A DNA stretch of 64,000 bases from an uncultured Spirochaetota bacterium (GCA_963806975.1 CAWEAK010000007.1:56034-120033), one strand, 5' to 3'; shown: positions 8,309 to 17,891, counted from the stretch's first letter. A program made the numbers and translations. The notes: a model not told the origin generated them from the sequence alone.

Positions 8309-8680
8309 ATGGATATATTTAAAGCGGTTAAAACAGGCGATTTAAACGTGGTCGCCTCCTGTATAAAAAGCGGTGGTGATATTAACGCCAGAGATTTTTA
8401 CAATATGACGCCGCTCATTTTAGCGGTTGATGAAGGACATCCGGACATTGTTAGGCTTTTGATTAAAGCAAAAGCCGATATAAACGCTCAGGATAAACTT
8501 GGCCAGACTGCTTTACATCTGGCGGCCGGAATGAATGATACCGAGTCAATAAAACTTCTCATTGAAGCTAAAGCCGACATCAATATTAGGGCTATGATGG
8601 GCTCAACAGCCTTGATGTTTGCTATAGAAAATGGAAAAGCCGAAGCGGTAAAACTGCTGAAAAAGGCTGGAGCAAAATAG
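8309..8680 (+). CDS. Ankyrin repeat protein (about 3.5 repeats)
   Basis: Repeats of G.TPL..A...GH.DIVRLLI.AKADINAQD. It shares the LIEAKADIN consensus with the large ankyrin gene at 49734..50816. Confidence 0.85.
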   Translation: MDIFKAVKTGDLNVVASCIKSGGDINARDFYNMTPLILAVDEGHPDIVRLLIKAKADINAQDKLGQTALHLAAGMNDTESIKLLIEAKADINIRAMMGSTALMFAIENGKAEAVKLLKKAGAK

Positions 8681-8700
8681 GATTTTATAAGGAGTGTTTA

Positions 8701-8799
8701 TACTGAGTTGCATCGAAACAATATTAATAAAGAACCCAGTATAATACCAAGTAAGCATCCAAATGTTCGTTAACACTCACTTTGAATGCAACTTGGTAT
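8701..8799 (+). repeat. Copy 1 of a ~100-nt structured intergenic repeat (MITE-like or ncRNA)
   Basis: About 80% identical to 62841..62940. The termini TACTGAGTTGCA / TGCAACTTGGTA pair over 12 bp. See findings. Confidence 0.6.
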
Positions 8800-8802
8800 T
8801 AA

Positions 8803-9186
8803 ATGAATATCAATAAAAAAGCGATCATTGGCTTTATTGTTCTTGTGATTATTACATATTTAGAGCTGACGATTATGGGAATTATAACGCCAAGGGATAT
8901 GATTTTACGCTCAATTTTAGTGTTGCTTTTATCAATAATTAATATTTCAATCTTTTATTTATATGTAAAGCCTATGAATTTGGTTAAATTTAATATCATT
9001 ATAATCATAATCATATTGCCAATTGTAATTGTATTAATTATAATAAACCATACCTTAATCCACCATGATTTAAATATAATACAGTTGATTTTACTGCCTC
9101 TATTTATTCTTATTTCGATTTTGATTTCATCGATTATTTATAAATTGATTTTTGTTATTAAAAATAAAGTGTTTGAAAGAAGGTAA
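8803..9186 (+). CDS. Hypothetical, very Ile/Leu-rich membrane protein
   Basis: 127-aa ORF with four predicted hydrophobic segments. No recognisable family. The extreme AT codon bias makes a spurious ORF possible. Confidence 0.35.
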   Translation: MNINKKAIIGFIVLVIITYLELTIMGIITPRDMILRSILVLLLSIINISIFYLYVKPMNLVKFNIIIIIIILPIVIVLIIINHTLIHHDLNIIQLILLPLFILISILISSIIYKLIFVIKNKVFERR

Positions 9187-9745
9187 AAATGGAATTAAAT
9201 AATATTCCGGTTACAAAAATATTTTATTTCTCCAGTACGGGAAACAGCTTGATTACTGCGAGAAAAAATGGCGGAAAAACTCGGTAACACGCAAATATTC
9301 AATATACCTTTAGTAATAAACTCTGAAATTGATTTCTCAGCAGATAGAATAATTGTTGTTTTTCCTGTTTATATATGGGGCTTACCGAACATCATTTCCA
9401 GGTTTTTAAAAATAATTCAATTACCGGCAAAAACAAAGCTCATAGCTATCGCAACATTTGGTGGGCTTGCTGGCGATCCGTTCAAACAAGCGGAAAATAT
9501 TTTAAAAAATAATAACCAGAATTTAAATTCAGGATTTCTCGTCTGGATGCCGGAAAATTTTACCCCACGATATCCTGTATGGCCATTATGGCTACAAAAT
9601 CTTTCACTCAGTTTATCCGATAAAAAAATTGATCGGATTTGTAAACTAATTCAAAATTGTTAACACCGATTTAAATTTTCCGCTTTTCACCGATTTGGTT
9701 TTCCGCTTTTGTTAAAGTCTAAAACCAATTGTTAAAAAAATCAAA

Positions 9746-10498
9746 TCAAATTTCCACCCCCAATTTCATTTTATCTTTCATACGATAAGAATCGCCTTTC
9801 AGGGAAAAGATATGAGCATGATGAAGCAAACGGTCTAAAGTTGCCGTGGCTTTTGCGTTGTCATTCATCATCTCACCCCATTCCCCGAAAGTTTTGTTCG
9901 ATGTAATAGCAACCGAACCTTTTTCGTATCTGACATTTATTAATTGAAAAAGTAATGTCGCTTCTTCAGGTCCCAGGTTTTCATATCCGACTTCGTCAAT
10001 CAGCAATACATGGGGTTTGGTAAACCAGGAAAGCTTTTTCTTTAGGCGGTTTAATTTCTTTGCCCTTTGAAGAGTTTCAAGTATATTAGTGCAACTCATA
10101 TAGTAAGCAGTGTAACCGTTCATGCATGCTTTATACCCGAGTGCCATTAAAATATGAGTTTTACCTATACCGCTGGGACCAAGCAATATTACATTCTCTT
10201 TACGTTCGATAAAAGACAATGAGGATAATTCATTGAATTTTGCCTGTGTAATCCCCCCTTTAATCCATGACAGATCAAAATCCTCCAGCCTTTTCTTTTC
10301 AGGGATTCCAGATACCTTTAATCTTGTTTTAGCCATCCTGTCCATTCTGGGTATATACTCAAGTTCCATTAAATCCAATATTGAGGTGAGAAGCGTTTTA
10401 TCGGCACGTCCCTGTTCCATTAAAAAGCTTTCCAGGCCCGCTGACATAAATGACAACCCAAGTTTTTCCATTTTATCCATTACAATTTGCTTTTCCAT
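9746..10498 (-). CDS. istB: IS21-family helper ATPase IstB
   Basis: 250 aa. Walker A LLGPSGIGKTH, Walker B LLIDEVGY. ATGA overlap with istA. Confidence 0.9.
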   Translation of the reverse strand: MEKQIVMDKMEKLGLSFMSAGLESFLMEQGRADKTLLTSILDLMELEYIPRMDRMAKTRLKVSGIPEKKRLEDFDLSWIKGGITQAKFNELSSLSFIERKENVILLGPSGIGKTHILMALGYKACMNGYTAYYMSCTNILETLQRAKKLNRLKKKLSWFTKPHVLLIDEVGYENLGPEEATLLFQLINVRYEKGSVAITSNKTFGEWGEMMNDNAKATATLDRLLHHAHIFSLKGDSYRMKDKMKLGVEI

Positions 10499-11731
10499 CA
10501 GGCAACCCCCGTCAAACTGTCATAAAACGACGGTTTCCTGATTTCAACATCCTGTACGGCTTCCTGTAGGGGCTTCTTTAGCAGCATCTTCGTGTTCTCC
10601 CTTGTCTGCTGCTTTTTCCAGAGCTCATAGAGGTCTTTTTTATCCTCAAAAAACCATATTTTCTTCCCTTCTCCCTCTCTTTCAATTTTAATCTTACGGA
10701 TTGACTTATTACCAGCAAATATTTCAGCCTCGTTTTTAAATCTATCGATTTTAGCTGTCAGGCTTGTCTGGATATATTCAGGTGGAACACTATAACGATT
10801 GGAATCAATATGAATAAATGATTCATTGTTTACTTTAACCTCCAATATCTCCCTGCAATCATAGGGTGATGCAGGGAGCATGCCGAGATAACCTCTCTCT
10901 CTTTCAAAACGTGTATTCCTGTTTTCCCTGAACTCCCTCATTTCTTTTTCATCAACATACTTAAGCCATTCGATTACTTTTTCATTCAGGTAATCCAGAG
11001 ACAATTCGTCTTTACACACCCTCGGCCAGAAGTTAGTTTTAAGGTATCTTATCATTCGTTCAACTTTACCCTTTGTTTTCGGCCTTTTTATCCTGCAGCG
11101 TCTGAGGATAAATCCGTAGTGATTGGCAAAGACAAGCAGTTTTTGATTGGGTACAAACCCCTTTTCAGTATCATAAACCCATGCGGGTTTCATGTTGTCG
11201 TACAATATTTCTTCAGGAACGCCGCCAAAGTGTTCAAATGCCATCCTGTGGCATTCATGCAAGACACTTTGCTTCATTGAGAGGGTATAACAGACAAAAG
11301 ATTTCCTGCTGTACCCTAACGTCATTACAAAGGCGTAAAGTTTCTGGATTCTGCCGTCAACATATAGTCTGCCATATTCTTTCCAGTCGACCTGAGCCTG
11401 TTTGCCTGGAATGGTCTCAAACCTTATTACCGCTTCCGTTGATAATTTCTTCTGTACTTCAGCAACATAATCCCTTAGAATTGATATTTGACCAGTATAG
11501 CCGATTGATTTAATTTTCTCGAAGATTAAAATTGCTGAATAGTCCTGATGATCATTAAGCATGGAATCGATCACTGATTTAAAATGATCAAGCTTGCTTT
11601 TTCTTTTAACAGATCCCCGGTAATTATCAGGAAGTTTTAAATAGTTCCTTATACTTCGGTCTGTTACTCCAAGTGCATCGGCGATCTGTTTCTGGGTGAA
11701 ATGTCCGCTTTAAGATTTTTGCTTCGTTCAT
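10498..11731 (-). CDS. istA: IS21-family transposase IstA (apparent frameshift between the N-terminal HTH and the catalytic core)
   Basis: ORF 10498..11574 holds the DDE core. The upstream reading HFTQKQIADALGVTDRSIRNYLKLPDNYRGSVKRKSKLDHF (HTH) is in the same frame but is closed by a stop. The MNEAKILKR start is in another frame. The lesion lies near 11696-11716. Confidence 0.85.
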
Positions 11732-12339
11732 CCGCTTCTCCTTTAAAACCATTTTGCTGGCAGCCTCCTTTCTGTTTTTGCTTCAACAGATTGGATCGGC
11801 TGCCTTTTTTCTCCCTTAACTTTTAAATTGTTAAGAATTCTTTCGGTGAAAAGCGGAAAATATTTTCGGTGTTTTTAGGAAAATCTTAATCGGTGTTTAC
11901 AAAAATAACAAAACAGGAATCTATGAAAAAAATCACTACGGTATCAACTGGTATTTGAACTGGCTGAATAAAATTCATATGAATATGATATGGGGTCCGG
12001 AACCATTATTGGGGATAGCGCGGGAATCCGTGTTGGGGATATTGACAAAAGATTATTTCTGGACGACCGATAAATGTGACGGATGCGGTGTTTGCAGCAA
12101 AGTCTGCCCGGTTGAAAATATTAAAATTAAAGATGGGAGGCCGATATGGGGAAACCATTGCGAACTCTGTGTCGGCTGTCTTCAATGGTGCCCCAAAAAA
12201 GCCGTTCAATTCCTGAAAGCCACACTTAAAAAAGGAAGGTATCACCATCCTGATGCCGCTTTAAATGATTTTATAATACGCTAGAATAATCTATTTGCTG
12301 TCCCAAAAGTAAAAATATCAATTTTATTTTATATGCATC

Positions 12340-12391
12340 TTGACAATTATTATTTTTTACTTTACATTATTTAGGAATGAATATTCATTCC
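12340..12391 (+). promoter_or_regulatory. Promoter (TTGACA...) followed by the perfect 18-bp palindrome GGAATGAATATTCATTCC (12374-12391); putative TetR operator
   Basis: The palindrome was read directly. It lies 25 nt upstream of the TetR start codon at 12416. Confidence 0.55.
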
Positions 12392-12415
12392 GCTAAAGAT
12401 TAATTTGAGGATTTA

Positions 12416-12991
12416 ATGAAAGAAATATTAAAGGACAAGAAAACGGCCCTTTTAAATGCGGCCCTCGAACTGTTTTCGGAACGGGGTGTTCATGACACAC
12501 CGATGTCTCAAATTGCCGAAAGGGCAAGCATAGGTGTAGGAACTATTTACCGTTATTTTCCCGGAAAGGAAGCTTTAATAAATTCATTATATAAAGATAT
12601 TCATGACCGGATGATCCCATATATCCGCAAGGATTATTCTGAAAATATAACCGTTCGTGAAAATTTTTTGCTATATTTTGGAAATTTTATCCGTTACTTA
12701 CTGAACCATCCGGCCGAATTATCCTTGATGGTTCAGTATGATAATCACCCGAAAAGAACTGTTAACAATAAAGGAAAAGATGCAGGTCAGGGTGAGGCAA
12801 ATTATGCTGTAATTTTTAAACGGGCAATGGAAGAGAAACTTTTGAAAGAACTTCCATTTGAAATGCTGGGGGCAATCATTATGGGAATGGTCATTTCCCT
12901 GACAAAATTCTACATAAGTTTTGGAGATAAGCTTGATGAATCGGTTGTTGATGAAGGAACAAGAGTAATATGGGATGCGATAAAAAAATAG
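12416..12991 (+). CDS. TetR/AcrR family transcriptional regulator
   Basis: HTH: LLNAALELFSERGVHDTPMSQIAERASIGVGTIYRYFPGKEALI. Confidence 0.85.
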   Translation: MKEILKDKKTALLNAALELFSERGVHDTPMSQIAERASIGVGTIYRYFPGKEALINSLYKDIHDRMIPYIRKDYSENITVRENFLLYFGNFIRYLLNHPAELSLMVQYDNHPKRTVNNKGKDAGQGEANYAVIFKRAMEEKLLKELPFEMLGAIIMGMVISLTKFYISFGDKLDESVVDEGTRVIWDAIKK

Positions 12992-13006
12992 TTTTTTGAT
13001 TTTAAA

Positions 13007-13024
13007 AGAATGAATATTCATTCC
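13007..13024 (+). promoter_or_regulatory. Second copy of the operator palindrome (AGAATGAATATTCATTCC), between the TetR and J-domain genes
   Basis: 17/18 identical to 12374-12391. It lies 20 nt upstream of the 13044 start. Confidence 0.5.
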
Positions 13025-13043
13025 GATTTATTGGAGTTGATAA

Positions 13044-13565
13044 ATGAATACAATTAATAATTGTATGAAACTATTTGGGCTTCGTCCGGATGCGGCTTTA
13101 GACGATGTCAAAAAAACTTATAGAAAACTTGCAAAGCGGAACCATCCCGATTGTTTTAAGGATTATGAACAAAAAAAGAAACAGGAAAAAATAATGGTTG
13201 GGATTAATGAGGCTTATCAGATACTTCTTAATAATTTCAATGATCTGGAAAGTGAGGCTTTCGATTCAAATAAAACTGACATTGAAGATGATTATACGCT
13301 TTATAGTAAAGGTTTGGATTATTATAAAATGTGTTTTGAAAACACTTATAATAGATTTGAAAGGCTTGAGAAACAGCCGGTAAAAGAAAGAGAAAACAAC
13401 TTAATTAAGGCGAGATATTATTTCGATCAATTATTAACTTTATATCCCAACAGCGATTGGGCTAATGATGCGTTAGAAAAATTAAATAAACTTAAAAATA
13501 TTGAAAAAACAATTGAAAACATGAATAAAACAATGCAGTATTATAAAAATAAAACAAAAAGGTAA
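13044..13565 (+). CDS. J-domain (DnaJ-like) protein with a TPR-like C-terminal region
   Basis: DDVKKTYRKLAKRNHPD contains the HPD tripeptide. There is no Gly/Phe or zinc-finger region. Confidence 0.75.
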   Translation: MNTINNCMKLFGLRPDAALDDVKKTYRKLAKRNHPDCFKDYEQKKKQEKIMVGINEAYQILLNNFNDLESEAFDSNKTDIEDDYTLYSKGLDYYKMCFENTYNRFERLEKQPVKERENNLIKARYYFDQLLTLYPNSDWANDALEKLNKLKNIEKTIENMNKTMQYYKNKTKR

Positions 13566-13578
13566 ACCGGAGGTGGTA

Positions 13579-14364
13579 ATGAAAACAAAAATATATTATT
13601 TTTCCGCTACGGGTAATTCTTTGTATGCGGCCAGGACAATAGCCGAAAAATTAGGAGATACTGAAATTATTTCAATTCCGAAGGCGATCAAAAGCCAAAT
13701 CAAAGCCGATTCGGAAAGAACCGGAATAATATTCCCTGTTTATGCCTGGGGCCTGCCGAGGATGGTTACCGAATTCGCCGGGAAAATCAAAGATAAAAGC
13801 CGGTATTTCTTCGTAGTTGCGACATGCGGAGGAACGCCTGCGGGCGCGTTGGGCCTGTTAAGAAATATTTTAAATAAAAATGGAATAGAATTAAACTCTG
13901 GTTTCTTAGTGAAGGAGGATTTTCGCCTGGATGGAGACAATAAACCGACCGTAGTTAATTTATGGAATATAAGCGGCATAAAACCTGTTTCGCTGAAAGA
14001 AAGGATTTCTGAAATAATTGATATTATTGAAAACAAGAAAAATCATAAACCTGAAATGAGTTCATTGCCCACCAGGATTTTAGGTAATGCTTTTCACAGG
14101 ATTGCTCTCAAAAGATATAAAACAGCCGATTTGAATTACCTCATAGATGAAAAATGCGATCTTTGCGGTATTTGCGCAAGGGTTTGTCCGCGGGAAAATA
14201 TCAGGATTGAAAACGGAAGAATTTCATGGAAACAAAACTGTGAAAGCTGTTATGGGTGTTATCATTGGTGCCCAAGGGAGGCTATACATTTTCGAAACGG
14301 CGCCGAAATTAAAGCGGGATATCATCATCCTGAAATTACTCTGGCTGACGTAATTTTAAGATAA
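13579..14364 (+). CDS. EFR1-family flavodoxin-like / 2x[4Fe-4S] ferredoxin protein
   Basis: KIYYFSATGNS flavodoxin-like N-terminus. C-terminal CDLCGICARVCP and CESCYGCYHWCP cluster motifs. GGAGG RBS. Confidence 0.75.
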   Translation: MKTKIYYFSATGNSLYAARTIAEKLGDTEIISIPKAIKSQIKADSERTGIIFPVYAWGLPRMVTEFAGKIKDKSRYFFVVATCGGTPAGALGLLRNILNKNGIELNSGFLVKEDFRLDGDNKPTVVNLWNISGIKPVSLKERISEIIDIIENKKNHKPEMSSLPTRILGNAFHRIALKRYKTADLNYLIDEKCDLCGICARVCPRENIRIENGRISWKQNCESCYGCYHWCPREAIHFRNGAEIKAGYHHPEITLADVILR

Positions 14365-14388
14365 GTATTTGATGATTTAGCTTGCTGT

Positions 14389-15210
14389 TCATTCCTTCCA
14401 TTTTCCAATTTCCTCAAGGATATTGATTTCATCAGGCCGCTGAGTTTTAACGATAAGCGCCCTCGGCCCATCCTCTATCCAGAAAAACATCTCTTTCAAG
14501 TATCTTTCCAAAAGTCTTGATAAAAAGGGATCGGTTATAATAAATCCGACCTTTAATGTATTAAATTTTCCGGCGGGGGTTGACAGGATTTCATTTCCAA
14601 GGTAAATAAATCTTCCGGGAATAGTTTGTTTCAAATTAGGTATGACTACCTGGATTATACCCGGCGATTTAATATCCAGAAACCTGGCAGCCCCGAAAGA
14701 TGAAGATTCAATAGTCCATATAGGAATATCCTTTTTTAAATTTATTTTACTGCTTGTACTGCGGGTTTCACTTCCATCCCAGGCTATAGAACGGTAGAGA
14801 GCGTTTTGATTTTCAGAATCAACCTCAAGAATAAAGTTCGTATTGCTTTTTCTGCCTTCTTTCTTTGTATCTTCAAGAAAATTCCATCTTACAGAAGAAA
14901 GAGATCCATATTTTGTTGATATAACCATCTGAAAACCATAATTTGTATAGTGAGCCGGTAGCGGCAATCTTGAAGAAAAATCGTTACCATGAAAATATAA
15001 AAATGCCTCCTCTTTTTGTTCATTAATCCTTGTAACAAGTTGAAACATACTTTTTCTTTCCCCGTTGACATAAGTTCCATATTTTAAGAATTCCCCATCT
15101 ATTGATTGTATCACCCTGGGTTTCATAGGAATCGTTTCTAATTTACTACCTGGATACAAAAAAACGGTTAAACCTGTAAAAAAGATTATCCATAATAAAA
15201 ACCTGTACAT
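14389..15210 (-). CDS. Secreted hypothetical protein, paralog of 23658..24491
   Basis: N-terminal signal/anchor. Shared blocks with the paralog include DGEFL.Y, LP..YTNY, INLK...P.W, S.FG.RF.DI..PG, AGKFNT, DPFL and FW..D. Confidence 0.5.
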   Translation of the reverse strand: MYRFLLWIIFFTGLTVFLYPGSKLETIPMKPRVIQSIDGEFLKYGTYVNGERKSMFQLVTRINEQKEEAFLYFHGNDFSSRLPLPAHYTNYGFQMVISTKYGSLSSVRWNFLEDTKKEGRKSNTNFILEVDSENQNALYRSIAWDGSETRSTSSKINLKKDIPIWTIESSSFGAARFLDIKSPGIIQVVIPNLKQTIPGRFIYLGNEILSTPAGKFNTLKVGFIITDPFLSRLLERYLKEMFFWIEDGPRALIVKTQRPDEINILEEIGKWKE

Positions 15211-15278
15211 AAAATTCTCCTGTTGATAGGTGCCTCATCGCATGCATTTCGGGAATCGTTTTTTGAAAAATCCGGAAA

Positions 15279-16352
15279 TTACTTTTCTTCTTTCAGGTGA
15301 ATTTCCCGGATCGGGTAGGGTATTTCAATCCCATCTTTTTTAAATCTTTGGTGTAGTCTTTTGATAAACTCGTGCTTGATTAAATACTGGTCGGTAAATT
15401 CTTTGACCCTGAGGATAACCGATAAATTGATGAAGTAATCGGAAAATTTGTTGAACCGGACTATAGGTATGAATTGATCCACTCCTCCATTTATTTCCCG
15501 AGTGATTTCATATCCGATTTCAATAACTGTTTTTTCGACATTATCCAGATCGCTTCCGTAACTGACGCCAAGATCGATCGAAACCGACATTTCTTTATCC
15601 GGCATATAATAATTGGTAATTATGCCGGAAGCCAGTTTTGAGTTTGGAATAATAACGACATTGTTCGGCAGGGCTATCAAAGTCGTCGTCCGCCAGCTGA
15701 TATCCTGGACATAACCCTCTTCCTCATTATTAAGCTTGATATAATCGCCGACCTTTAACTGCCTTGAAGCTAAGATTTGTATGCCGGAAAAAAGATTAGA
15801 CAAAGTTTCCTGCAGGGCCAGGGCAACGGCAAGACCGCCAACACCGAAAGCTGTTAAAAGTGGTATGACAGATATTCCCAGAAATTCTAAAACAGCCATA
15901 ATACCGACGATATAAACTAACAGTTTTAAGGCATTTATGATTATGGTATTCGGAAAGACAACGCCCTTCCTGTTTTTTGTATATTGAATTGCGGCATTCG
16001 TTATAATCCTGTTGAGAACAATAATAACCGTAAATATCAGAATTACAGCGATGAATTTACGAACGATTATGGTATATTCCTCTTTGACGGGTAAAAAATA
16101 ATGCGCGATAAATAGACCCAGCAGTATAGTCCAGACAAGAAACATTCCCTTCAAGGAATCGATTAAGATAATATCGATAAAATTTTTGGTTTTTAAAGCA
16201 AGCTTTTTCAGAAGATAAAGAAATAGCTTCTCAGATACCATCCCCAATAGAATTGACCCAAGGACAATAAATATGACAATAACTGTATTTTTAAAATAAG
16301 CGGAGTGATTGATTAACGATTCCAGGTTCAAACCGCTCCTCCCACTGAGCAT
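15279..16352 (-). CDS. Mechanosensitive ion channel (MscS family)
   Basis: TM helices followed by ETLSNLFSGIQILASRQLKVGDYIKL (the MscS pore/beta-domain signature). Confidence 0.85.
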   Translation of the reverse strand: MLSGRSGLNLESLINHSAYFKNTVIVIFIVLGSILLGMVSEKLFLYLLKKLALKTKNFIDIILIDSLKGMFLVWTILLGLFIAHYFLPVKEEYTIIVRKFIAVILIFTVIIVLNRIITNAAIQYTKNRKGVVFPNTIIINALKLLVYIVGIMAVLEFLGISVIPLLTAFGVGGLAVALALQETLSNLFSGIQILASRQLKVGDYIKLNNEEEGYVQDISWRTTTLIALPNNVVIIPNSKLASGIITNYYMPDKEMSVSIDLGVSYGSDLDNVEKTVIEIGYEITREINGGVDQFIPIVRFNKFSDYFINLSVILRVKEFTDQYLIKHEFIKRLHQRFKKDGIEIPYPIREIHLKEEK

Positions 16353-16434
16353 AATATATACTGCTGATATAAAGAATTATAATGAAATGACCGTAAAACC
16401 GCAAATAATTAGTTGGAGAAGTAATTGCGCCTCA

Positions 16435-17778
16435 TTATTCAAAGCCCATCATGGTTTTACATGTCTTTGTGTAAAGATCGCGAAATATATTATCAGGATC
16501 GTTATTTTTCTTCACCTTATCATAATTCTCCTTATTCCATATTTTCCAAAAATCCTCTTCGTCATAATAATTCCCAGAAATCAAGGTTTTAAAACCCCCA
16601 ATTTTCATAAGTTCATTCTCTATAATCTTATAATAATTTCTGCCATCCTTATTCCGCATTCCATAAATGGCAATATCCAAGAAAAGCGGTTCTTCATTCT
16701 TACTATAGAACTCCGGGGTAATCCATTCATAATGCCTGGTTTTATATGGAACACACCAGAGAGGAAAATAATTTATTTCTTTTATATACCAATCTAAAAA
16801 TTCTCTAATTTTTGAAAAAGGGATGAAAGCATCTTGAATGATTGGAATTGAGCTTGGCGCAAGCAGGCTATGAAAGATTTTAGCGAATTTAAGGGTTAAG
16901 TCGGGGCTTAAAAATTTTCGAAAAAGGAGACGTCCTAAAAAGCTTTTAGGCCAGACAGTTGTCAATCCTTTGTCATAACGAAAAAAATAATCGGATGTTT
17001 TCAGATAGTCTTCCTTTTGTTTCAGAGTGGTCTGAAAATAAACCCTTACCCAATCATAACTATGCAGGTAAGGTGCCTTGTTCGTAAAGTTTGCCACAAT
17101 TAATACGTATTGGGTTGGTGAATGTATAATACCGTCCATATAATCAACATCCTGTTTTTCAAAATGCCTCCAAATGGCTGCCTTGTAATCTTCTATATTA
17201 TTGAATTTTTCAAATTCCACTTTCACGAACGGCTTGGCCGGAATTAATTTGAATGTCAATTTGGATATAATCCCGAGAGTGCCGAAAGTACTGAGCATCA
17301 TTTGAAAAATCAAACTATTTTCATTTTCCGGCGTGCAGGTCAGCACATCTCCCTTGGCGGTAATTACCTCATACTCCAGGCAGGTATCATGGAAACTGCT
17401 GTATTTATAAGACATTGATTCAAGAGACCCGCCAGCCACAGCTCCGCCTATAGTGATAGTTTTTGACTCAGGCACTATAATCGGGACTAGACCATATTTC
17501 AAAGTCTCTTTTACTAAATCAACGAAAGTTACACCGGACTCCGCTATGCAAATTTGTTTTACTGAATCTATTTGAAGAATATTGTTCAGGTCGCTGATGT
17601 CTATTTTATAATCCAGATATCTCTTATCTTCAGGCTTAGGTACTTCGTGGGAAACGGCCTTTTTCCTCAGTGATACCGGTTTGATGCTTTTGTGATCTTT
17701 CAACTGCCGGGAGATTTTATTTACCTTTTGCTCGTGTTTGTAATTGAGCATACTCTGGGATGATTTTAATAGTTTCAT
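16435..17778 (-). CDS. FAD-binding (FAD_binding_4/PCMH-type) oxidoreductase, DHCR24/DIMINUTO-like
   Basis: ITIGGAVAGGSLESMSYKYSSFHDTCLEYEVITAKGDVL. Start chosen at MKLLKSS (AGAGG RBS). The ORF track extends to 17820. Confidence 0.75.
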   Translation of the reverse strand: MKLLKSSQSMLNYKHEQKVNKISRQLKDHKSIKPVSLRKKAVSHEVPKPEDKRYLDYKIDISDLNNILQIDSVKQICIAESGVTFVDLVKETLKYGLVPIIVPESKTITIGGAVAGGSLESMSYKYSSFHDTCLEYEVITAKGDVLTCTPENENSLIFQMMLSTFGTLGIISKLTFKLIPAKPFVKVEFEKFNNIEDYKAAIWRHFEKQDVDYMDGIIHSPTQYVLIVANFTNKAPYLHSYDWVRVYFQTTLKQKEDYLKTSDYFFRYDKGLTTVWPKSFLGRLLFRKFLSPDLTLKFAKIFHSLLAPSSIPIIQDAFIPFSKIREFLDWYIKEINYFPLWCVPYKTRHYEWITPEFYSKNEEPLFLDIAIYGMRNKDGRNYYKIIENELMKIGGFKTLISGNYYDEEDFWKIWNKENYDKVKKNNDPDNIFRDLYTKTCKTMMGFE

Positions 17779-17891
17779 AATTTTACCTCTTTTCATTTTT
17801 AACAAGCGCCGCTGATCCAAACGACGCAGATGTGAAGCGGGAAGTTTGAGACTGGAAATTAGCTTATAACAGACAAACTATACCCGGCATT

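Larger units (their letters stand above)
9658..11901 (-). mobile_element. IS21-family insertion sequence (istA-istB), about 2.24 kb, with a 5-bp target site duplication AAAAT
   Basis: Terminal inverted repeats are TGTTAACACCGATTTAAATTTTCC (9658-) and the reverse complement of the 11901 end, TGTAAACACCGATTAAGATTTTCC (21/24). Both ends carry reiterated internal CACCGA / TTTTCCGCTTTT motifs. AAAAT occurs at 9653-9657 and 11902-11906. Removing the element restores the reading frame of the host gene. Confidence 0.85.
9189..12284 (+). pseudogene. EFR1-type flavodoxin / 4Fe-4S dicluster ferredoxin paralog, frameshifted and split by an IS21-family insertion
   Basis: MELNNIPVTKIFYFSSTGNSLITARK then (A6 run 9263-9268, frameshift) MAEKLGNTQIF...KLIQN, the IS (9658-11901), then KNNKTGIYEKNHYG...CDGCGVCSKVCP...CELCVGCLQWCP...YHHPDAALNDFIIR. 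It is colinear with the intact paralog at 13579..14364. Confidence 0.75.

Noticed and set aside
10233-11513. Plus-strand ORFs 10233..10541 and 11181..11513
   Set aside because: They are antisense to istB and istA inside the IS21 element and have no homology features.
16309-16797. 162-aa plus-strand ORF
   Set aside because: It lies antisense within the 3' part of the FAD oxidoreductase gene and overlaps the MscS start. It is a low-complexity, Ile-rich translation of AT-rich DNA with no motif.
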